A stretch of 64,000 nucleotides of DNA from Candidatus Bathyarchaeota archaeon (GTDB lineage Archaea > Thermoproteota > Bathyarchaeia > Bathyarchaeales > DTEX01). Position numbers and translations under genes: made by a program. This document shows, in pieces, positions 53,478 to 63,680 of this stretch. Each line of letters begins with the position of its first letter. Position 1 is the first letter of the stretch. The stretch lies in the NCBI GenBank assembly GCA_963714275.1, contig CAVQNT010000002.1, positions 416,001 through 480,000 on the forward strand, written 5' to 3'. The notes beneath the pieces were generated by a model that saw nothing but the letters and a program-made list of their open reading frames with translations, was not told where the DNA came from and did no database searches.

Positions 53478-56199
53478 ATGGCGTTAAACCTGCTAGACAC
53501 TTACATGGAGAAACCGAAAAAAGAAAAAAAGACCAGCGAACCTCAGAAAACCCCATCGGAGACTCCGGTTAATGATTCTCAAATCTCGCAGAAGTCAGAA
53601 GAAATGGAAAGCTTATGAGGAACCAATCTTTATTGATGAACTTGTTCCGCACAACCTTCCACCGTCCTATTTGGTTTCTGCAACGTACGATGGCGAGACA
53701 AGGAAAGTCTGCCTGAAGCTTTACGAACCCCGTTCTCAGCGCATTTACCTTTGGTATGACACGCGGGGACACAAGCCGTACTGCTTCTCGAACATTCCGC
53801 CTGAGGAACTGAAGAAAATCAACCGTCTAGTAAACCAGCCTGGGTTCGACCATTTCGAGACCGAGACCAAGTATGATGCGCTGACCGACGAAAAAGTGGT
53901 CGTCACAAAAATCGTCGCGAAAGACCCACTGGCAATCGGCGGACGACCATCTGGGTGCATCAGAGACATAATCCCGGAGGATTACCCCAGAATTTTTGGT
54001 TCAGAAAAGCAACCCAAGGTTTGGGAAGCCGCGATAAAGTATTACCAGTGCTACATTAACGACGAAAAGATTTCTCCGGGCATGGTGTACAAAATCGAAA
54101 ACGGAGAACTCGTACCCGTCGTGAACAAGCAAGCTGAAGACACGGTTAACAAGATTTTGGAAACGCACTTTAAAGAAGAAACGGAGGACCTCATGCCCTA
54201 TCTGGAAACCTGGACTAGGCTCCTCGAGTATCCTGCGCCAGCGATGAGAAGGGTCGCTCTTGACATTGAGGTGTTTTCGCCGATTGCAACTAGAGTTCCA
54301 GACTCTGAGGAGACACCTTACCCCATAATCTGTGTTTCCTTGGCGGATTCAGACGGTAAGAAAAGGGTCCTGATTCTGAGGCGGGACGAGAAAAGAGGCT
54401 GAAGAGCACGATGTGAGGCTTCCGCCCGATGTTAGTGTTGAATTTTATAATTCGGAACGGGACCTTTATTCCGCCGTGTTTAGGGCTCTGGACGAGTATC
54501 CGTTTGTTTTAACCTTTAATGGAGATGACTTTGACCTTCAATACCTGTATCACAGGGCAGAAATAACTGGAATAAGAAAAGACGAGGTTCCCATAGAAGC
54601 TGGGCGAAAAGTGTTCCTTCTTAAACGGGGCGTTCACATAGACCTTTACAAGTTCTTCTTTAACCGTTCAATCCAGATTTACGCTTTCAGCCAAAAGTAC
54701 CGCAACATAACATTAGACGAGGTTTCCCAAGCCATTCTTGGAAAGTCTAAACTTCATTTTACGAAGCTCATTGGAGACCTTTCTTACGATGAGCTGGCAA
54801 AATACTGCCTCAACGACGCTGAACTGACTTTGGGTCTTACCGCGTATGAAGACGACTTGGTTATGAAGTCTCATTCTTGTCCTAGCAAGGATAAGCCGTA
54901 TGCCGATGGAAGATGTTAGCCGCCAAGGAGTTTCGCGGTGGATCAGGAGTTTCATGCAGTATGAGCACCGCAAAAACGGCATGTTGATTCCTAATCCAGA
55001 GGACATCTTAACCGTGAAGGGTACAACCGCCACAAAAGCCATAATTAAGGGAAAGAAGTACATGGGCGCCATCGTCGTTCAACCCATTCCCGGAGTACAC
55101 TTTAACGTTGCAGTTATGGACTTCCAAAGCCTGTACCCCTCAATCATAAAGGTTCACAACCTAGGTTATCAAACAGTCCGATGCCCCCACGAGGAGTGTA
55201 AGGAAAACAAGGTTCCAGGAACGCCTCACTGGGTCTGCAAGAAACACAGAGCCTTAGAAAGCGCATTGATAGGTTCTCTAAGAGACCTAAGGGTCGACTG
55301 GTATAAGCCTAAGGCAAAAGACAAATCACTCACAAGAGCCCAAAGAAACTGGTACAACGTCACCCAGAGCGCGTTGAAAGTTATTCTTAACGCTTCATAC
55401 GGGGTTTTTGGGGCGGACAGACTTTGACCTTTACTGTCCACCAGTGGCTGAAGCGACCGCGGCGATTGGGAGAAACATTATCACGCAGACCATTGATAAA
55501 GCCCGTGAACTCGGAATCCAAGTGCTTTACGGAGACACAGACAGCATTTTTCTGAAGAATCCTTCACCTGAACAGGTAAAAACCTTAACGAGCTGGTCGG
55601 AGAAGACTTTGGGCATGGAGATGGAGGTTGACAAGTTTTACCGCTACGCTGTTTTGAGTTCTCGGAAGAAGAACTACCTCGGCGTCTTCGAGGACGGAAG
55701 CGTGGACGTTAAGGGATTAACGGGCAAGAAACGGCACATTCCGCACTTAATAAAAAGATATTTTGACAAGATGGAAATCCTTTTGAGCCAAGTTAAGACG
55801 CCAGATGATTTCGAAGTCACGAAGAAGGATGTTGAAAAAATAATCCGGGAATGCTATAATATTATTAAACGGCGGGAATGGGGCAACCTGAACGATTTAG
55901 CCTTCGAAATTGTTCTCGGCAAAGTCCCTAAAGCCTACACGAAAACGACGCCTCAACACGTTAAAGCCGCGGTGCAGCTCAAAGACAAAGGCATCGAAAT
56001 CAACGCGGGCGACCTCATAAGGTTCGTTAAGGTCGCAAGGGCCCCACATGTTAAACCCATTGAACTAGCACTTGACCGAGAAATAGACACCGACAAATAC
56101 GTTGCTTACCTGCAGTCAACATTTGACCAAATTTTGGATGCTTTAGGCTTAGAGTTCGACAAAATAATCGGGCTAACCAAGCTTGAACAGTTCATGTAA
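53478..56199 (+). CDS. polB: Family B DNA polymerase (PolB1-like), about four frameshifts
   Basis: ExoI DIEV, ExoII FNGDDFDL, ExoIII YCLND, DFQSLYPS, K..LNASYG, YGDTDS, KKNY. Confidence 0.93.
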
Positions 56200-56237
56200 C
56201 CCTCGTTCGTTTTATATAGCAGTAGCAGCCTAGTGAT

Positions 56238-57093
56238 TTGCGTTTGGGTTCTGGAGGAGGAATTGTGCGGATTTTGAACTCACGTGAATCAATAATTGAG
56301 CTGACCCGTCTGAACCCTTTCGACAGATTTCCAGACGGAAGACCACACGTGCCAGACGACCTTGTTGAACGCATGAAAAATGTCACCACCGAGCAGGCTT
56401 GGGGCGTGATGCGGGGAAACGAGCTACAACAACCAATTTGAAGGAAACTGGTTCCGCTCGCATCCTGAACGTACCCTTGTTGGCAGAGCAGTCACGGCGA
56501 TGATGGTCCCCAAGAGACCTGACTTGAACGATCTTGTTGAGGAAACGGGGAAAGCTGAGGGACGAAAGGGAGGGCAAAACTCGTGGGTCATCGACACGCT
56601 TAAGCCCGGAGACGTTATGGTCGTCGACATGTTTGGCAAGGTCAAAAACGGAACTTTCGTGGGAGACAATTTGTCCACTTCGCTGCGTGCGCACACAAAA
56701 GCTGGAGCGGTCATCGACGGTGGTGTCCGAGATTTCCAGGGCATACTTGAGCTGCCTGACATTGTGATTTTTTGTCGTGGAATAGACCCGACGGCGATTG
56801 AAGACTCAACCTTAGTCGGCATCAATATACCAATTCGGATCGGTCAAGCAACCGTGTTGCCTGGAGACATTGTTTTGGGAACCGTTACAGGCGTCGTTTT
56901 CGTTCCGCCAAACTTGGTGCAGAAAGTAGTTGAAATCTCCGAGGACATCGGAATGAGGGACACTTTTGGTAAACAGCGGCTGATGGAAGGTCGTTACACG
57001 CCGGGCGAGATCGATACGAAATGGATCGAACCGATTGAGCAGGACTACCAGAACTGGTTGAAGGAGAAGAAGGCTCAAAGGGGTACAGGTTGA
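56238..57093 (+). CDS. RraA/HMG-aldolase family protein (frameshift near 56420)
   Basis: RFPDGRP, GDV.VVD, GDNL, DGGVRD, PGD.VLG..GVVF.P. Confidence 0.85.
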
Positions 57094-58007
57094 ATAGAAA
57101 TTCCGTAAACCCAAATTCTGCGAAACCCATCGTAGCCTTGACTGAATCAAAAAGCCATTTTAACGGCGTATTTGAAGCCCTGAAACTTGTCGAAAACCAG
57201 ATCGAAGAAGGTTTGAAAGGAAAAAAGAAGATCCTAATTAAACCAAACTTTGTTTCAGTCAGCAATCAGTTGGCTGCCACCCACGTTGACGCTGTTCAGG
57301 CAGTTCTGGACATGGTCAGTAAATACTATTCTGGAAAAATAGTGGTCGGAGAGGGACCTGCCTTTTCGAGCCTGAAAAATGCTTTGGTCAACTTTGATTT
57401 CCTCAAACTCCAAAAACAATACAATGTGGATTTTGTGGACTTAAACGAAGATGACAGCGTCGAAATTGAGGTAACTGGGTCACAACAACGACCATCAAGG
57501 TTCAACGTTTCGAAAACGGTTGTTGAAAGCGACTACCGAATATCGGTTGCCCTGCCCAAAACGCACGACTTCGTCATCGCAACTTTCACAATAAAAAACA
57601 TTGTCGTAGGCAGCTTAATCGGACACGCATACACGCACGAAAAATGGAAGATCCATCAGGGATACAAAGCCATGAACCTTTACTTGGCAGCGTTAGCGAA
57701 GAAGGTGATGCCTAACTTGGGCGTGATAGACGGTTTTCAAGGCATGGAAGGAAGAGGTCCCGTTGGAGGTGATCCAGTTGACTTGAGGGTTGCAGCTGCC
57801 AGTATTTTTCCAGTTTCCCTTGATGCTGTGATGAGCGTTGTTATTGGGTTCGATCCGCTGGACATCGGCTATCTTTACCATTTGAATGATTGGGGAGTGG
57901 GCGTTGCAGACTTAAGTGGGATTGAGATTGCTGGATTGCCCATTGAGATGGTTAAAAGAAAGTTTAAGCCACATCCCGATTTTTACGAAATGCTAAAATG
58001 GAAATAG
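57090..58007 (+). CDS. DUF362 domain protein
   Basis: ILIKPN, PKTH, T..IKN, IDG..GMEG.GP..G. Confidence 0.88.
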   Translation: MNRNSVNPNSAKPIVALTESKSHFNGVFEALKLVENQIEEGLKGKKKILIKPNFVSVSNQLAATHVDAVQAVLDMVSKYYSGKIVVGEGPAFSSLKNALVNFDFLKLQKQYNVDFVDLNEDDSVEIEVTGSQQRPSRFNVSKTVVESDYRISVALPKTHDFVIATFTIKNIVVGSLIGHAYTHEKWKIHQGYKAMNLYLAALAKKVMPNLGVIDGFQGMEGRGPVGGDPVDLRVAAASIFPVSLDAVMSVVIGFDPLDIGYLYHLNDWGVGVADLSGIEIAGLPIEMVKRKFKPHPDFYEMLKWK

Positions 58008-58047
58008 GAGTCTATAGTATTGTTGGTATTGAATGGAGGAATGATGT

Positions 58048-58359
58048 TTGAAGGTTTTCTCGATCTACGATAATGAGCATCCGTTTGAACAGGTCATAAA
58101 AGACGAAGATTACTTAGGCATATTATACGCCAATGTCAAGTATCTGAAGCCCAAAGAAGACGAAGGAGTCCACAGCCACGACGACCACATAGAATTATAT
58201 GTTTGCTTTCAGGGAAAAGGAACGGTTCTGACAGACAAAGGCGACATCAGAGTTTCTAGAGGCGACGTAATAGTCTTTGAATCAGGCGAAGGGCACGGCT
58301 TCGAATCCGACGAGGTTGACCCACTGGCCTACTTATGCGTAGGAATTAGAATCCCATAA
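58048..58359 (+). CDS. Cupin domain protein
   Basis: HSH...E.Y...G.G, G..HG. Confidence 0.85.
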   Translation: MKVFSIYDNEHPFEQVIKDEDYLGILYANVKYLKPKEDEGVHSHDDHIELYVCFQGKGTVLTDKGDIRVSRGDVIVFESGEGHGFESDEVDPLAYLCVGIRIP

Positions 58360-58401
58360 AAATAATAAAAAAATTAAGAATTTCGTATTTTCGACGATTG
58401 C

Positions 58402-58770
58402 TTAGGTTTGAGCTTCATAGGATTTACCGAGTGATTCTTTGGCTTTTTCCTTTAGTTCCTTTATTTGGTTAACGGTTTTCATGACTTTTTCGAAGAGGTC
58501 TTTGCGTGCGTTTATGCCCTCTTTTATGAAGAACGCTGTGGCTTCGGACCTGCTTTTGAAGACTTCTACCTCGACCAGTGCGTCTATTTTGGCTAGGTCG
58601 TCGTCGTTCAACCGTGTCATTACGACATTTTCTCTGCCTTCAAGCCCGTGTCCAAGTTCCATTATGATTTTCTTGCCCATTTTGTGGGTCAAGCCGTGAT
58701 GGTCTCCATCGTGACAGCACATTACGATGCATTCCTCGTCTTCTTCTTTCTCTGTCTCTTTTTCGCCCAT
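58402..58770 (-). CDS. Ribbon-helix-helix protein with Cys/His-rich N-terminus
   Basis: NVVMTRL...IDALVE...FKSRSEA.AF.I.EGI. Confidence 0.75.
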   Translation of the reverse strand: MGEKETEKEEDEECIVMCCHDGDHHGLTHKMGKKIIMELGHGLEGRENVVMTRLNDDDLAKIDALVEVEVFKSRSEATAFFIKEGINARKDLFEKVMKTVNQIKELKEKAKESLGKSYEAQT

Positions 58771-58789
58771 TTTTCCATCCTCTCCTACC

Positions 58790-58824
58790 TGTATTGTGTA
58801 ATTTGTATTTTGTAAAATGTAATT
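58790..58824. promoter_or_regulatory. Five tandem TGTAnnn heptads upstream of the RHH gene (putative operator)
   Basis: TGTATTG TGTAATT TGTATTT TGTAAAA TGTAATT, exact 7-bp period. Confidence 0.6.
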
Positions 58825-58903
58825 GTGATACTTAAGTCTTGTGGTAGAACCTGTCTCGTAAAAACGGGCAGATTTTTTTTCTTAACATTAACACAATGAA
58901 GCT

Positions 58904-59443
58904 TTACGCATAGACCTTTAGTCCTCTGGATTTTATGGGCTCAATGACATTCGGTTGGCTTATGGCTACGAGTAGAACGTAGCCGATCACAGCGATTGCG
59001 ACTAAGCTACTGAGGGTGATGCTGACAACCATTGCCGTCCAAGGCTGAAGCGGCACTCCAAAAATGTCAGGCGGAGGAACAAAGATCCACAGGTATCCGC
59101 CAACGATTGCTCCTACGATTAAGGATGCGAGTATGCAGCCTAGAAGCTTCCTTTTCCTGAACGCGAAAATCATTAGGGTGGCTATGAAGTTGGCGACTGA
59201 ACCGAAGACAACATCGAACAGATTCAACGATCCGAAGGCTATCATGCCTCCAACAGCATTACCGACCAGGCATCCTAATGTGGCTCCCCAGACAATAGGC
59301 CAGCCGAATAACGCTGCAAGGGGTAGCAGGCAGTCTGCTACTCTGAGTTGGATGGGTCCTGAGGATATGGGTGCCAGAAAAATGACGAGAACAGCATATA
59401 AGCTTGCGAAGACAGCAGATAAGCTAACGGTTTTGACGTCCAC
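58904..59443 (-). CDS. queT: QueT-family transporter (queuosine/archaeosine precursor ECF S component)
   Basis: A.LY..L...LAPIS.GPIQLRVAD.L, G.TLGC..GN, DV.FGS.A. Confidence 0.88.
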   Translation of the reverse strand: MDVKTVSLSAVFASLYAVLVIFLAPISSGPIQLRVADCLLPLAALFGWPIVWGATLGCLVGNAVGGMIAFGSLNLFDVVFGSVANFIATLMIFAFRKRKLLGCILASLIVGAIVGGYLWIFVPPPDIFGVPLQPWTAMVVSITLSSLVAIAVIGYVLLVAISQPNVIEPIKSRGLKVYA

Positions 59444-59448
59444 TCTTT

Positions 59449-59513
59449 TACACCTCCAACTCCGGGATTTGTTAGGCGGAACGGGTGGAGGTGACTTCCA
59501 CTCACCCGCCGTT
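59449..59513 (-). promoter_or_regulatory. Structured 5' leader of queT, candidate riboswitch
   Basis: Stem GGCGGGUG/CACCCGUU, anti-SD CACCUCCA complementary to SD UGGAGGUG, hairpin UCCG/CGGA; BRE-TATA CGAAAATTTTATTAA just upstream. Confidence 0.55.
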
Positions 59514-59624
59514 GACTACAACAATGGTTGACGATTAATAAAATTTTCGTAAATGATGTTTTATCATAAAAACAGTCTAAATGGAGAGTTGGAAAATAAG
59601 AGAAAAAATTGTAAAAAAGGGTGG

Positions 59625-60005
59625 TTATGTGATTTTGAGTTCTGTGCTTTTTTGGGCGCACTCTTTGTAGTTCTTTAGAGTGATTTCGATAAGTTGTTTT
59701 ATGTGGTCTTTAGTTTGGATTCCAACAGCAGTAGCAAGAGGTTTACCTGAGCAGAAGAAAATGACTGTCGGGGTGCTCATGACTCCGAGGTGGAGGGCGA
59801 TATGCTGGTTTTCGTGGCTTTTAAAAACGTTCAGGGTCGCGAATTTGGCTTTGTCTTTGTATTCTTCAGCGACCTCGTTAAAAATTGGGGCAAGCCTTAT
59901 GCACCATGGGCATTGTTCGTGCCAGAAATCGACGACAACCAAGCCTTCAAATTTTAGGACTTCCCCTTCCCAATTGTCTGAGCCAACTTCTAAAACACTG
60001 CTCAC
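59625..60005 (-). CDS. Thioredoxin
   Basis: VVVDFWHEQCPWC, GVMSTPT; SD GAGGTG before GTG 60005. Confidence 0.9.
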   Translation of the reverse strand: MSSVLEVGSDNWEGEVLKFEGLVVVDFWHEQCPWCIRLAPIFNEVAEEYKDKAKFATLNVFKSHENQHIALHLGVMSTPTVIFFCSGKPLATAVGIQTKDHIKQLIEITLKNYKECAQKSTELKIT

Positions 60006-60133
60006 GTAGTTCACACCTCACGTACATTATTAAAAACATAGGTTTTCTGAATTATATAGACAATCATGGCACAGAACAATCCATAAACCCTTTAATAAAC
60101 CTGAAAAATTTGTTATTGAACAAGGAATCCTTG

Positions 60134-60985
60134 ATGACAGACCCCGAAGAATCTGAACAGCTGAAACAAAGACTTACTCAAGCCATCGGAGAGTTGAGAC
60201 CGAAAGATGTTGGGGTAGCCTTTTCGGGGGGAGTTGACAGTTCGGTTCTTGCCAAGCTCTGCAAGGGTGCTGGTAAAAACGCCACGTTGTTTACAGTTGG
60301 TTTCAACGATGAGATAGACATCAAGGTGGCATCCGAGGTTGCAGGATTGCTTGGGCTCAACCTTCATTGCGACCTAGTGTCTCTGGAAGAGCTAGAGAAC
60401 GGTCTAAAAATCGTGCTGGAAAGGATAGAGTTTGAAAGAATCGTCCGTTTCGAAAACTGTGCGTGCTTCTACTACGTGTTCAGGTTGGCTTCCAAGCATG
60501 GATTAAAGACAGTGGTTTCCGCGAATGGGATGGACGAGCTTTTTTGTGGGTACTCAATCTATAAAACCCATTTTGGCGAAGAAGACGAAACGAAGATTCT
60601 GATGAAAAACCTTGTCGATGCGGCATACAAAGACAAAATCGAAATGAACAAGCTTGCGTCGCTGTTCGGAATAGATTACGTGTGCCCCTTCATGTCTGAG
60701 GAATTTGTGGACTTCGCCATGAGTATTCCGTTGGACTGCAAAATAAAAGGCGTTGATGATGACGTGAGAAAGCATATTCTAAGAGAAGTTGCGTTAAGCA
60801 TCGGCGTCCCCTTGCAAGCAGCCCTCAAACCGAAGAAGGCTTTCCAGTATAGCTCAGGTATACACAAAGCCATCACAGAATTAGCTAAAAATAAAGGCTT
60901 CACAAAAACCAAAGCGAAGACTGCTGGATTCATAAGTAAAATGGATGCCTATATAAGCAGTTTAAAATATGTTCCTCAATCCTAA
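60134..60985 (+). CDS. Asparagine synthase C-terminal (ATP-pyrophosphatase) domain protein
   Basis: FSGGVDSS, G.DELF.GY, K.ILR, KKAFQYSSG; no glutaminase domain. Confidence 0.85.
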   Translation: MTDPEESEQLKQRLTQAIGELRPKDVGVAFSGGVDSSVLAKLCKGAGKNATLFTVGFNDEIDIKVASEVAGLLGLNLHCDLVSLEELENGLKIVLERIEFERIVRFENCACFYYVFRLASKHGLKTVVSANGMDELFCGYSIYKTHFGEEDETKILMKNLVDAAYKDKIEMNKLASLFGIDYVCPFMSEEFVDFAMSIPLDCKIKGVDDDVRKHILREVALSIGVPLQAALKPKKAFQYSSGIHKAITELAKNKGFTKTKAKTAGFISKMDAYISSLKYVPQS

Positions 60986-60986
60986 A

Positions 60987-61991
60987 TTACAATCTGTTTT
61001 TTTTGAATACTTTCCCTTTTTGTTCTGGGACGACGTTTGTCGGAGCCTTTCCCGTTAAGACTTCTCGGATGCTTTCTGCGACTGATAAAGCCATTTGGTG
61101 CCTAGTTTCGGTTGTAGCGGTCGCCACGTGAGGCGTCATGATTGCTTTTTCGTTCTTTGTCAGTGGATTTTCCAGTGGTAAGGGTTCTTTCTCGAACACG
61201 TCTAAGCCTGCGCCTGCAATCCAAGATTCATCCAAGGCTTTGCAAAGCGCATTTTCGTCAACCACCGAACCACGAGAAGTGTTTATGAGGTATGCGGTTT
61301 TTTTCATGAGTTTTAGTTCTTTTTCGCTAATCAAATGCTTGGTCTCGGATGATAGTGGAACGTGGATTGTGACGAAATCCGAGGTTTTCAGGAGACTTTC
61401 GAATTCTGCGTATTTGATGCTGAGCTCTTCTTCTATTTTTTTGTTCCTGACTTTATCGTAGTAGACCAGATTCATCTTGAAAGCTTTCGCCCTCGCTGCA
61501 ACCTCGTATCCGATGCGGCCTAAACCAATTATGCCCAGCGTTTTGCTGACAAGGTCTGTTCCTGTTGTTTGCGTAGAAAAGCCTGATTTTGCCCATTCCG
61601 TTCTGACAAATCGGTCGCAGAAAGGAATCTTTCTTGATAGGTTAAGCATTAATCCTATTGTGAGCTCCGCGACAGCGTTTGAGACTACTCTCGGCGTGAT
61701 GGTGGCGTAGACTCCGTGTCTCGTGCACGCTTCAACGTCGATTGAGTCGTATCCGACGCCTGTTCGGGAAACAACCCTCAGTTTCGGCGCTTTGCTGAGT
61801 AGTTCTTCGCCTGTGGTTCCCCAGACGACCATGGCTTCGGCTTGTTTCAGTATTTTTTCGAATTCTTCCTTGTCAGTTGGGGAAACGTAGCGGACTTCAG
61901 CTATGTCGCTTAGGCTTGTTTCGAAGATTGTTGGTCGTTCGTTTGGCGGAGGAGACGGAATCAATACTTTAGGCTTGTGTTGGGCTTTCAT
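60987..61991 (-). CDS. D-2-hydroxyacid (glyoxylate/glycerate) dehydrogenase
   Basis: GVGYD.ID, GIIGLGRIG, NTSRG, DVFE.EP, TPH. Confidence 0.93.
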   Translation of the reverse strand: MKAQHKPKVLIPSPPPNERPTIFETSLSDIAEVRYVSPTDKEEFEKILKQAEAMVVWGTTGEELLSKAPKLRVVSRTGVGYDSIDVEACTRHGVYATITPRVVSNAVAELTIGLMLNLSRKIPFCDRFVRTEWAKSGFSTQTTGTDLVSKTLGIIGLGRIGYEVAARAKAFKMNLVYYDKVRNKKIEEELSIKYAEFESLLKTSDFVTIHVPLSSETKHLISEKELKLMKKTAYLINTSRGSVVDENALCKALDESWIAGAGLDVFEKEPLPLENPLTKNEKAIMTPHVATATTETRHQMALSVAESIREVLTGKAPTNVVPEQKGKVFKKNRL

Positions 61992-62079
61992 TGTCTTTCA
62001 TGGGCTCCAATACTTTGTTGTTTGGGCTATTCATTTCACTTAATGAGCCTTAAACTTTTTTCTTCAATCCATTTGACCG

Positions 62080-62664
62080 TTGACTAAAAATATGTCTCCT
62101 TTTCCATATTATTGTAATCGAATGTTTGGAGAGAATGTTGGCTTGGAGTTTTTTGAGGTCCTAAAGCTTAGGAGAAGCACACGGGCGTTTATGGATGAAA
62201 GAGTCTCTGAGGAAGACATAGTGAAATTGCTTGAAGCAGCCCGATTGGCTCCCTCGGCGGGAAATATTCAGCCATGGAGTTTCGTCGTCGTTCGAGACAC
62301 CGATATTAAAAGAAGGCTGGCTGAGGCTGCTTTGAACCAGTCTTTCATAAATGAGGCCCCCGTCGTCATCGTGGTCTGCGCTGACCCAGACAGGTCGAAG
62401 CAGCGTTACGGAAACAGAGGGGTAAACCTTTTCTGCATTCAGGACACGGCTGCAGCAATCCAGAACATGTTGTTGGCTGTGGTTGATTTGGGTTTAGGCG
62501 CTTGTTGGGTCGGAGCGTTTCAGGAAGACATGGTAAAAATAGCCTTAAGAATTCCTGAGAATTTGAGACCTGTCGCCATAATTCCTGTTGGGAGACCAAC
62601 GGAGAAGCCAAATCTTCCGTATAGGCGACCTTTAGAGGAAATTGTCCGTCATGAAACATTCTAG
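62080..62664 (+). CDS. Nitroreductase family protein (true start probably ~62143)
   Basis: RRS.R.F, APSAGN.QPW, GLG.CWVG. Confidence 0.92.
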   Translation: MTKNMSPFPYYCNRMFGENVGLEFFEVLKLRRSTRAFMDERVSEEDIVKLLEAARLAPSAGNIQPWSFVVVRDTDIKRRLAEAALNQSFINEAPVVIVVCADPDRSKQRYGNRGVNLFCIQDTAAAIQNMLLAVVDLGLGACWVGAFQEDMVKIALRIPENLRPVAIIPVGRPTEKPNLPYRRPLEEIVRHETF

Positions 62665-62726
62665 GTTATCGTCAATTTTTCGTCATGTCTTCACAAAGAA
62701 TATAAAGCATTATACGATATTCATGG

Positions 62727-63572
62727 TTGGTGAGATTTTTGATATCATGTACATATTGCGGAGCAGAATTGGACGCAAACGCGAAGTTTTGTCCTAAATG
62801 TGGCGCAAGTGTAGCTGCCGTTCAGGCGCAGAGCATGTCCATAAAATATGAAATTAAGTATCGACCGTCGTATTCTCTGCTTGAGGTTCAACTGCCGAAT
62901 AATGGCTTCATCACAGCTGAAGCTGGTGCCATGACTTACATGAGTAGTAATGTTGAGGTAAAGACTCACACGAGGGTTGAGCAGTCAGGTCTTTTGGGCA
63001 CACTCAAGGTTTCAGTGCTTGGTGGAGAAACGCTATTTATCAATGACTTCTTTGCTCGAGGTGGAGATGCCAAAGTCGGGTTCGTTTCAGCTCCGCTTGG
63101 CGACATTACACGTTTGGAGGTTAACCAAAACAAGGGATACATCATTCAGAGCTCCGCTTACATTGCTTCTACGCCGAACGTTAAACTGGACACTCAGTGG
63201 CAGGGTTTCACGAAGGGGTTGTTTGGGCAGAACCTGTTCATGATTAAGACTTTGGGCGAGGGAGACGTTTTCGTGAATACTTTCGGAGCTATAGACAAGC
63301 ATGATTTGGGACCTGGCGAAAAATTGATTGTTGATAACTTTCATTTGGCTGCCCTAAGCACGACTTGCCAGTATCAAGTTAGAATGTTCGGAGGACTCAA
63401 GTCCACATTGCTGGGCGGAGAAGGGCTCATAACGGAAGTGACTGGACCCGGAGAAATCTACGTTCAAACCAAGAACCCTCGTGAATTTGCAGACTGGCTT
63501 TGGAGATACATAGGTCCAAAGGTTCACGGTGCTGCTCAAAGGACAAAAGGAATACACTTCGGAATGGGATAA
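62727..63572 (+). CDS. Zn-ribbon plus TIGR00266/AIM24 family protein
   Basis: CTYCG..FCPKCG; AEAGAM, GGETLF.N, GGEGL...TGPG.IYVQT. Confidence 0.88.
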   Translation: MVRFLISCTYCGAELDANAKFCPKCGASVAAVQAQSMSIKYEIKYRPSYSLLEVQLPNNGFITAEAGAMTYMSSNVEVKTHTRVEQSGLLGTLKVSVLGGETLFINDFFARGGDAKVGFVSAPLGDITRLEVNQNKGYIIQSSAYIASTPNVKLDTQWQGFTKGLFGQNLFMIKTLGEGDVFVNTFGAIDKHDLGPGEKLIVDNFHLAALSTTCQYQVRMFGGLKSTLLGGEGLITEVTGPGEIYVQTKNPREFADWLWRYIGPKVHGAAQRTKGIHFGMG

Positions 63573-63680
63573 CCAAAGATTCTTATTTTTTTCTCCGAAT
63601 TAGTTTTTTCTTTTTGTTTCTGAATTAAATGTTTTATGTCTAACTGCTGAAATGATAATTTGAATTAGAGGTGGTGCTGT

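Noticed and set aside
53478-56199. Split, intein-containing or pseudogenised PolB; programmed frameshifting
   Set aside because: The pieces join colinearly into one normal-length polymerase with all catalytic motifs; same indel pattern as the rest of the window
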